Part shown: piece after piece, positions 55,171-64,000 of the stretch
Layout: the number at the start of each line of letters is the position of its first letter
How positions within the stretch are numbered: position 1 is the stretch's first letter
Assembly (NCBI RefSeq): GCF_009914755.1
Contig: NC_060925.1
Strand: one strand, 5' to 3'
DNA from: the human T2T-CHM13v2.0 reference genome, Homo sapiens
Length of the DNA: 64,000 nt
Notes under the pieces: generated by a model
Databases searched by the model: none
Seen by the model: the letters and a program-made list of their open reading frames with translations, nothing else
Told to the model about the DNA's origin: nothing
Program-made: the position numbers and the translations under genes

Positions 55171-56939
55171 TAACAATGTGAATGTACTAAATGTCACTGA
55201 ATTGTAAAGTTTAAAATGGTTAAAATGGTAAATTTTATGTTACATGTATTTTATCCTAATAAAGAAGCTTGGTGATAATGCTAACCATCAGTTTAGCAGA
55301 GTGAAATCATAGCATATACAATATCCATATAGAAAAGCAAACATTTTAAAATATCACCTGAAGCTATAATAAGATAACCTAATTCTAAATAAAGCGTGGT
55401 TCCTCTGTATAAATCAAACTTGTGCTAGGAGAAAACTTGGTGAGGGAGAAAGGTGGATATTTCATGATTTTGAGCTAAGCAATAAAAGTAGCATGGTTGT
55501 CTGGCACAAGATGGCTAACTGTTTAGCATAGAATCATCAATAAATAAAATGATCCCTAAAGCCTAAGGACTTAGGAAGAAATAAGACAGAAAGGAAGACA
55601 TGGATCAAACTAGTTTATACAACATCTACAGTTGAAAAATTATCAGGGGTATACAAGGAAGGGGAAGGAGAAGTAGATTAGACAGTGAACCTAGGGAAAA
55701 GTGAATGACTGATTGTCCAGAAAACGCCGGCAGGGCTTTTCTTTGGCTAGCCAAGTGAGGAAATTCTTGTCTCCTTTCAAGCGAATAGTTAACTGCTCAT
55801 TTGCTGGTAAATATACTGATTTAGCTACTGAATGTTCTGTAGCTGGTAGAGGCCAAAATGAGATATTGCAGGAACCTGGTTTTCCCGAGACTGTGTGAAG
55901 AAGTCATGCACAGAAAAAGCTGAGGAACTTTAAGAGGCTTCTCAAATTATGCTGGAAGCAGTTGGGTTGGCTTCTCAACTCGGAGAAAAGTAAATTTCAA
56001 ATAAATCCACTCAATTCCTTGGGTTAGGAAACACTTGTAGATACAAATGTTATGTAAATTGGAAACAGAACACATATAACCTGCTAAAAATGTTTCTTTG
56101 AAAACAGAAAAAAAAATGGTAATCGCAACAATTTCACAAATATTTAGAACTATTCTCAACATCTGCTTCAAAGAGAGTTTTAGGGAGTGAAAGTTAATTT
56201 TTCAGATTCCTCTGGCTTGAGAAAAATCAACTTATTAATGATAGTTATCTATCTATCATCTTGTCCATTTAGTTTGGGTAATATAAATCTGCATTTCAGA
56301 CATGACCACAGGAATTTCATCTTGACAGAGATGTATCAGATTAATTAACCCATCAACTCATTATTAAAAGCTTATTATGTACAGGGATTAGAACTAGACG
56401 TTGTACAAGAAAGAAAGAAGACATATGCCAAGTGGGGGAGCTAAGACACCTACACATTAAAAATAATTAGCAAAATTAGCAAAAAAAGAATAGCAACAGA
56501 ATGTGGTAAAATGTTTGTACTGAATGACTTAAATAAATAATATTATTACAAGACTACAGGAGAGAGCAAGATTACCGTTAGTGGGTCAGGGGAAAAGGGA
56601 ATTTGAGTGAAATTATAAAGGATTTATGTAAGCAAAGATTACATAATATTATAGGCAAATAGAGAATGCTATGAGCAAAGGAATAAGACAGGAACTATAG
56701 GGAGACAGGAGACAACCTCTAACTCTGTAAAGCAATTGGCAATGTAAATAGAGGGAAGAGATATAAGGCAGGAATACAGAACATCCTCAAAAACAAATGT
56801 GATATTAAAAAATGACACTGAATACGTTCTACACACAGCCTAATTTTAGCTAAGTTGGTCAGATAATGTCCCTCTCAGGAATGGAAGAGGATAAGAATTG
56901 ACTTAAGCCTTGAGAATATAAAGGTATTTAGCCACCTAC

Positions 56940-57300
56940 TTGACACCTCTTTATTGAATTCCTACTATATACCAGGAACTTTGTGTTCTAGAAATTGGGG
57001 GTATAATGATGAAAATGAGAGACAAGATTTTTTTTCTCATGGATCCCACATTTTGTTGGGGGAAGACAAACAATAAACAAGGAAACAAATATATTTAAAA
57101 AGTGACAAGATAATATAGCATAAAATGTCATGAAGGAAATCGAGTAATATGGTCCAGAGTGATTGTTCTAGATCTATTTTAGATAGGGCAGTTAGAGAAG
57201 GCCTCTCAGGAGGTAACATTTCAGTTGAGATCTGAATGATGAGAAAAAGCAGAAGTAAGAAAAGACAAAGATGATTCTAGGAAGGAGGAACAGAAAGTAG
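56940..57300 (-). mobile_element. L2 3' fragment
   Basis: tttattgaattcctactat...gaaggcctctcaggaggtaacatttcagttgagatctgaatg. Confidence 0.7.
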
Positions 57301-57430
57301 AAAGACGTCTCTTCTAGGATTAAAAACATAAGACATTACTAATTATCTCAATAATGGAATGGAAAAAATGGAATAGAAACACAGAGAACCCTATTTAAAT
57401 TCATTAGTAAGGGGTATAACTTGCAATTAC

Positions 57431-57484
57431 CTTATATCCCTCTGCTCCAGGCTCTCCTCTCTCTCCTTGGTCCCCCACTGGACC
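57431..57484 (-). CDS. COL24A1: Collagen XXIV exon, 54 bp (GPVGDQGERGEPGAEGYK)
   Basis: tctctgtag|GGT...AAG|gtaatt. Confidence 0.96.
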
Positions 57485-57763
57485 CTACAGAGACCACACA
57501 CAAAACAATCAGTTTTACAGCTGGATCAAAGTATATGCGAATGCAGGTGATAAGATTAGTGTTGTTTATTCTTTTGTCAAAAATATAAAACCAAATATAT
57601 GATTTGTTTAGTTCCATTAAATAATTTCAAAATATTGAATTTCAATGATACCAAGAACAACATCAAAATACACCAACCAGTGAATTATATAAAGAGAATC
57701 TCATAATGATTCTACTAGGAAAAATATTGAAAACTGAAGCCCAATTAAAAATATGAATATTTT

Positions 57764-58084
57764 CACCAAGTGTGGTGGCTCACACCTGTAGTCCCAGCAC
57801 TTTGGGAGGCTGAGGCAGGAGGATCCCTTGAGCCCAGGAGTTCGATACCAGCCTGGGCAATAACGTGAGACCCTGTCTCTACAAATAATGTAAAAATTAG
57901 CCAGGCATGGTGGTATGTGACTATAGTCCCAGCTACTTGGGAGCTGAAGCAGGGGGAACACTTGAGCCCAGGAGGTCGAGGTTGCAGTGAGTCATGTTTG
58001 CACCACTGCTCTCCAGCCTGGGCAACAGAGTGAGACCCTGTTTCAAACAACAACAGCAGCAACAGCAACAACAAAACAACAAAA
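57764..58084 (+). mobile_element. AluJ with (AAC/AGC)n tail
   Basis: Dimeric Alu. Confidence 0.92.
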
Positions 58085-58287
58085 TGTTTCAATTAGTACA
58101 GTATGTTATAAATGATGCCCAAATAACTTACTTTTTTACTAAATATTAAAATGATTGAAAAAGATTTAAGCAGGACAGTTCAGTACATAATTCCATTAAT
58201 TACAAAAGATTATATTTAAGTGATCTTTTAAAAGGGATTTAAATAGTAAATCCTACTTTACCATTCTTCATGAGAAAGTCTACTGTT

Positions 58288-58570
58288 GGCTGGGTGTGGT
58301 AGCTCATGCCTGTAATCCCAGCACTGTGGGAGGCTGAGATAGGAGGATCCCTTGAGCTCAAGGGTTTGAGACCAGCCTAGGCAACAGAGAGAGACCCTGT
58401 CTCTAAAAAAAATTAAAAAATAATAAATAAAAATTAGCTGGCCCTGGTGGCACGAGCCTGCAGTCCCAGCTACTTGGGAGGTGGGAGGATCACTTAGCCC
58501 AGGTGTTTGAGGCTGCAGTGAGCCAGCACTCCAGCCTGGGCAACAGAGGGAGACACAGTCTCAGAATAAA
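58288..58570 (+). mobile_element. AluJ with internal deletions
   Basis: Dimeric Alu with a shortened right arm. Confidence 0.9.
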
Positions 58571-60067
58571 AGTCTATTGTGAAATTTTTAATTTTCAAGA
58601 CATAAATTAACCTAAAAAATTATACTTATTAATTTTAATCCTTAAGCCAAAAATTATCTAATAAACTCAGACTTACTTTTCCTGAATATTTCTAATAGAA
58701 AATCTTTAATATAATAAATCATCAAATTATCTACTATAAAATGAAATAGAAATATCAGCACCCACTAGGACCTACCATCTGAACAAAAACTTAAATTGAA
58801 ATTAGTTGGAAAAGCATAGGATTTATTATAGAGCATTAATTGACAAATTTTAATTTACTCTTACGTTGACAAAGGTAAGAGACATGTCAACACTACAATC
58901 TCTGACTCTGCTTTAATTATTTAGAATCTTTGTGGTTTAAGTTTCATGCCTGTCCCGTGTCTACTGGATAAAACTACTATTGTTATGCTAGTCTTTTAAT
59001 ATATTTATTACATTTTAGGTGGCATTCTTTGATCCTGGCATACCTAAATCTGGGAAAAACAACCACTACTATACTCCTTTTGCCAAGTTTTTTCCATTTG
59101 CTTTAAGATTTTTACATTATTTCCATATATTTCCCTCTCTTAGTGGTTTAGAGAGACTAGAATATTATTTAATAAAGAAACTTACATATTCCTTTAGATA
59201 CCTATATATCTATTGCCTCTATATGAGATGGCTTGATTTAATCAGAAAAATTAGAATCTTTCTTGTCTATTTCTAAAACAAAGTATAACTTTCAACCATC
59301 TCCAAAGAGCCAGGTCAAAATATCAGGAGTGACTACATATTCTGATCCTTGTGCCTTAAGATTGTTTTACTCTATATAATACTATGTGAGAAATGGAAAA
59401 TATAGCCAATTATATAATATTTATTTCTATGAACTAAAAATTTTCATTTAATCCATTTAATTTACATATGGTCTTTAGACATTGTTTTAGTCAAACATGA
59501 ACACAGAGACAGTTATTCAAATAAAGCTATAATAGCTACTTTTTAGAGACCATGGTTATAGTTAACCCTTAAAATGTTTAATAAGAAGGCTATAGATCAG
59601 TAATCTTTAAAGGTTATTGGTTCTAATAACTCCTTAGAGGGGTTTTGAAATCACTTGGCAACTGTGTGTAAACTGCTATAAGAAGTATATAGATAAGATT
59701 TTTTTAATATTTAGAAATAAATCTGAATGTGATAATTACAGAAATATGTATCCTAAAATGTCTAGAGTGTATAAGTTTTCTGACAATCTTTGTAAAAGTT
59801 GTTATCATGCCTTCAATGCAGAAAGTTAGATTTGGGAAGTCACTATATTAACCCTATATATTATGCTAAAATATGACCTGCATATTTTTCATATTAAAGA
59901 CTTTAATATCATTTAAATTTTGTGACCATAAATATCACCCTCCTATCAAACCATGTTATAAAACTAACAAAAGAAAACTCCTTGAAAAGATTTAATTGGT
60001 GTTGTGAATCTATTATATAATTGTGTTTTATCTTGAATAACCAGAATTATTTCAGAAAAAGACCTAC

Positions 60068-60124
60068 TGGTTCACCTCGAGGCCCAGGTGGTCCTAGGAC
60101 TGTGCTATCTTCTCCTGGGTAGCC
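60068..60124 (-). CDS. COL24A1: Collagen XXIV exon, 57 bp, carrying the STVL helix imperfection (GYPGEDSTVLGPPGPRGEP)
   Basis: cattttag|GGC...CCA|gtaggt; the STVL interruption is the known hallmark of collagen XXIV and identifies the gene. Confidence 0.97.
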
Positions 60125-60456
60125 CTAAAATGAAATAATGATTTATAAACAAAACTCAATAAATAAAATAAACATCAAAAACACACAACCTACTATTTTT
60201 AAGTATATTAGAAAATGCAGTTTGATGTTATCTTTTTTTAAGTGGAAAACTTTGATGTAAGAAACTAAGCCTATGATATTTTATACAGAGTTGTAATTTG
60301 TACAGGGTTCTTCTTGGAGGTATCAATCTCCTTTAATTATATAAGAAGCAGCTCAGGAATTTTCTTAAAGTGTCAGATTTCAATGATATTGTAAATTAAG
60401 AATACTGCTGTAGTTATTCCTAAATCATCAAAAAATTTTAATCTTTAATATAAATG

Positions 60457-60553
60457 AGCCAGGTGCGGTGGTACTCATCTGTCATGCCTGCTACTTAGGA
60501 GCCTGGGGTGGGAGGATTGCTTGCTTGGTTTGAGTCCAACCTGGGCAACAGTC
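60457..60553 (+). mobile_element. Alu monomer (FLAM/FAM-like)
   Basis: agccaggtgcggtgg...gggaggattgcttg...cctgggcaaca. Confidence 0.7.
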
Positions 60554-60913
60554 AAGATCACTTGATCCTGACTCTCCTGCCCCAAAGACTTTAATATAAA
60601 TGTACTATAATTAATCATTTAATCTAGAGCCTTACAATTTCTTTAAATAATTAATTTTACTCTTACAAAGCTCTACAAATATTTTCACATATATTATTTC
60701 AGCTCAGTCTTGAAACAACCCATGGAAGATATTTTAATAATTTATTTAAATTTTAGCTCCTTGATATTTATTTTTTTCTTCCAGAATTAGTAAAATTTTC
60801 AACTTTAAAAGTGCTTCTTTTATTCCTTGAAAATTTTTCCATGCAGTCTTTCAGGAATAATTCATGAACTCAATGTTTAACTTTAAGATTAAAAAGCCAA
60901 TATATACACAAAC

Positions 60914-60967
60914 CTTTTCTCCTTTAGGTCCTGGCAATCCAGAGGGTCCTGGTTGGCCCTGATGGCC
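60914..60967 (-). CDS. COL24A1: Collagen XXIV exon, 54 bp (GHQGQPGPSGLPGPKGEK)
   Basis: ctttcgtag|GGC...AAG|gtttgt; Gly-X-Y. Confidence 0.96.
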
Positions 60968-61185
60968 CTACGAAAGGACAAGTAGACATTTATACATGCT
61001 CTACCTAGATATTAGATATTGCATTATTCTGAAAGGAAAAATAGGATTCACTGTCTAGGAGGATGAGACCTAAATATGTTAGAAAGGTTTATCAGAGAGA
61101 TTTCATCTTAATTTGAATATTTGGGATATCATCTTTAATAAAAATGTTTTCATGTGAATATATTTTTTCAATTATAAATACTTAC

Positions 61186-61239
61186 CCTGTACCCTGGAAT
61201 TCCTGGTTCTCCATCAGGTCCCATCAATCCTAAATGTCC
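61186..61239 (-). CDS. COL24A1: Collagen XXIV triple-helix exon, 54 bp (GHLGLMGPDGEPGIPGYR)
   Basis: tttttcag|GGA...AGG|gtaagt; perfect Gly-X-Y, phase 0. Confidence 0.96.
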
Positions 61240-62759
61240 CTGAAAAACAAAGTAAATATTAGTGAGAGAGAGAAAGTAAAGAATTGTTTAAATCATTAGA
61301 CTTCTACTCCTATTGTTTAAATTGTTACCTTTAGATTTTTCATGGTTGAAATTTACCTAGTTTGAAATAGGAAAGCAAAAAATAACCCCCCAACTTTTGT
61401 CTATTTTTTTTTCTGAAACACAAAAAGTTCTGCAACAAATGTCTTTTTGGTTTACTTCTGATATAAATATCCTTAATCATATTAAAAAAATACTTTCAGT
61501 TGTCAGAATCCTGCTGCTCCCTAACGAATTATTGGAAATGTGGTTTACATCTGTCAAAGTTTGTGCCAGATGTGGGTCACTGAATATTAGAGAGTGCAAC
61601 CTGAGAGTTTTTGACATTGTCACTACGGGATCCAGAACTCCATACTCATTGTTAGTTTCAGATGCTATGATGAATATGGTTTTAGTCCTGGTCAAAGTTA
61701 TTAAAAGGGAAATGGTTGACAACTTACATGTAATTGTTACCCTATGATTACTCTTATTATCAATATTTTATAGATGGTGAAACCATGTAAGCCAAAGACT
61801 AATCAGCAAATGCCCTTAGCCTACTGAATAGATTGCTCAGACAATTGAAAAAGTAAAACAAACAAACAAACAAAAAAAACCTGAAAAAGTCCTATATTTC
61901 ATATTAGCAAAAAGATTCCATATTGACTCTCCTATTTGAGTCTCAAAACAAATAGAAGATGGGAAAATTAAGGCACAGAATAGGTATGTGACTTGCCAAA
62001 TGTCATACTAGAACTAAGTCTCTTGATTCTGCATATATAGTATTTCCCATTTAATCATAGTGCTTCACTATATTTGATGATTTCTTTAAATTCCCAGCTC
62101 TAAAAATGTTCACATTGCAACTATTAACCATTGATTAGTAAATTTAGACTCATCCAGATAAGAACAAGTTTCAGTCTAAAAAAGGAATTGCACAAAATTA
62201 ATTTTAAAACATCAATAAGAATTCAGCCATTACCTAGGTGAATAATCTAGAATAGAATGTAACTACTCAGTATTCATTAGCTCAAGATGGCTGAATGACA
62301 TATGCTTGCTTCAATAGTCTCATCCAACAAAAAAGAGAGAGAGAAAAGAAAGGTATTTATTTGTAATAACAACACTGGAAAATAAGTAAACATCATCAGT
62401 GGACCAAAATTTTGTAATTTGAGACAGAAAATTAGGGCTGAAAATATGCAAAGAAAAAAATCATTGCAGATGTGCAAGTAGTCTCAAGGAAATTTCAAAT
62501 GCTGAAATCAAGACATTGAAGGGGCAGGATAGGTTCAGGTGACTAACTGGGGAAAGGAGTCAGGTATTCCTATTCTACTTGTGCTGGGTAACTGATGATT
62601 GCATTTGCCTAGAAGATAAGTGAATGCGTGTGGAAACTGTTGCCCCAAAAGCAGGCAATGCTAAAGGCTGCTGCTGACTCAAGTGACTCTAGAGCCAACA
62701 TAACAAGAAATAAAATATGCAATTCATAAAAGAAAAAATGAACCTTAATGTACCTAAAA

Positions 62760-64000
62760 TATATATGCAAAATATGTAACCTCTCAAAAATAAGTGGGGA
62801 GAAAATGTGATGAACAGATCTCAAAATCTGTTTTCAGAAATCAATGACTCAAATAGCAAGAAAAAAAACAGTAAGAAAGCTATAAGGATTTAAGTAGCTT
62901 AGCTAACAACTTGATTTAACAGAAATACTTAGGACTGTTTATTAGCCCCAAAAAAGGAAAAGAAAGAAAGAAAGAAAAGAAAAGAGAAAAAGGAATCTTT
63001 TGACAAAATTTGAATATAGTAGTCCTCAAAGAAAATTTTAGTAAATTTCCTCAAAGCAGAAATCATATAGGTCACATCCTCTGGCTATAATGCAATGTAA
63101 TTAAAAATGAGCAATAAAAATTAAAAATCTACTTAAAAAGAAAGATCCTTTAAGATAACTCTTGTTCAGGAGAAAATAAACTCTGAAATTGCAAGCTATT
63201 TATAAGTAAATGATGGTAAAAACACAAACATAAAAATACGGGAATATGGCCAAAGTGGCACTCAAAAGGGAACAGGTAGCTTCATAATGCATTTATTAAA
63301 TAAATAAAATAAATGGGCCAGACATTTAATTCAAGAAGAGATTAATACTGAAGCAGAAATTAGTGAATCAGAAAACCATTTTAAAAAGTTGAGTGAAAAA
63401 CAAAGTAGACACTTTGAACTGACTAATAAAAGAGCAAAATATTTGGCAAATCTGATCACCGCAAAGAGTAAACACGATAAAACAACATTAGAAACAAGAA
63501 GAACATAACCAAAGGAAAAAAAATTAATTATAAGAAAATAGTCATTTCAAGTTTCACTTACTAAATATGAAAATCTAGTTGAAATTGATACTTTTTGAGA
63601 AAAAATTTCAAAAATTTATTCCAGAAGATACAAAATTTGAAAAGAAAGCCAAAGATCTACTGCTAATAAAATAACATTCGGCTCAGATTGTTTTAATAGC
63701 AAGTTTTATAAAACCTTTGGAGAACAGACACAATATCTATGTTCCATACTGTTACAGAGCACAGAAAAATATGAAAAATTTACCAACCCATTTTATATGA
63801 CTTGCTTAACACTTATGCCTAAATCCAATCAATGATAGCATACATTAAAAAAGGATGGAATGAAGAACGATGGAATGAAGAAATAGGCCTACTTTGCTTA
63901 CAAATACAAATGCAAAACTCTTAAGGTAAACTACATTCAATAAGCTAAAATAAAACTCTTAAATAAAATGTTAAAAAATGAAATCTATTTGCATTAAAAT
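62760..64000 (+). mobile_element. Ancient L1M ORF2 remnant
   Basis: A-rich with L1-like motifs (acttgatttaacaga, caaatacaaatgcaaaactcttaa). Confidence 0.65.

Noticed and set aside
62672-62681. TGCTGACTCA AP-1/MARE-like site
   Set aside because: A single 10-mer with no supporting context; not distinguishable from chance.

Overview
This is human (primate) genomic DNA, AT-rich and dominated by repeats. It lies inside the minus-strand gene COL24A1 (collagen XXIV alpha-1). I read 13 phase-0 GT-AG Gly-X-Y exons directly (54, 57, 63 and 108 bp; 876 nt, 292 aa in total). They cover the C-terminal part of the triple helix, including the diagnostic GED-STVL-GPP imperfection. The ORF track misses all 13 exons; its ORFs are Alu/L1/LTR-derived or chance. 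The introns, one of them about 30.3 kb, hold a full-length L1PA3-like element, two twin-primed 5'-inverted L1s, about 15 Alus including a near-consensus AluYa5, a long Cheshire hAT transposon with its MER58 MITE, a decayed ERVL provirus with four-level nesting, and several solo LTRs. The most notable signals not explained by ordinary annotation are two. First, two neighbouring L1s of apparently different subfamily share three inactivating ORF2 lesions, which points to gene conversion. Second, three short segments were copied 2-3 kb away within one intron. I see no evidence of a new protein-coding system, CRISPR array or RNA gene. Repeat subfamily names come from recalled consensus sequences and need RepeatMasker/Dfam confirmation.
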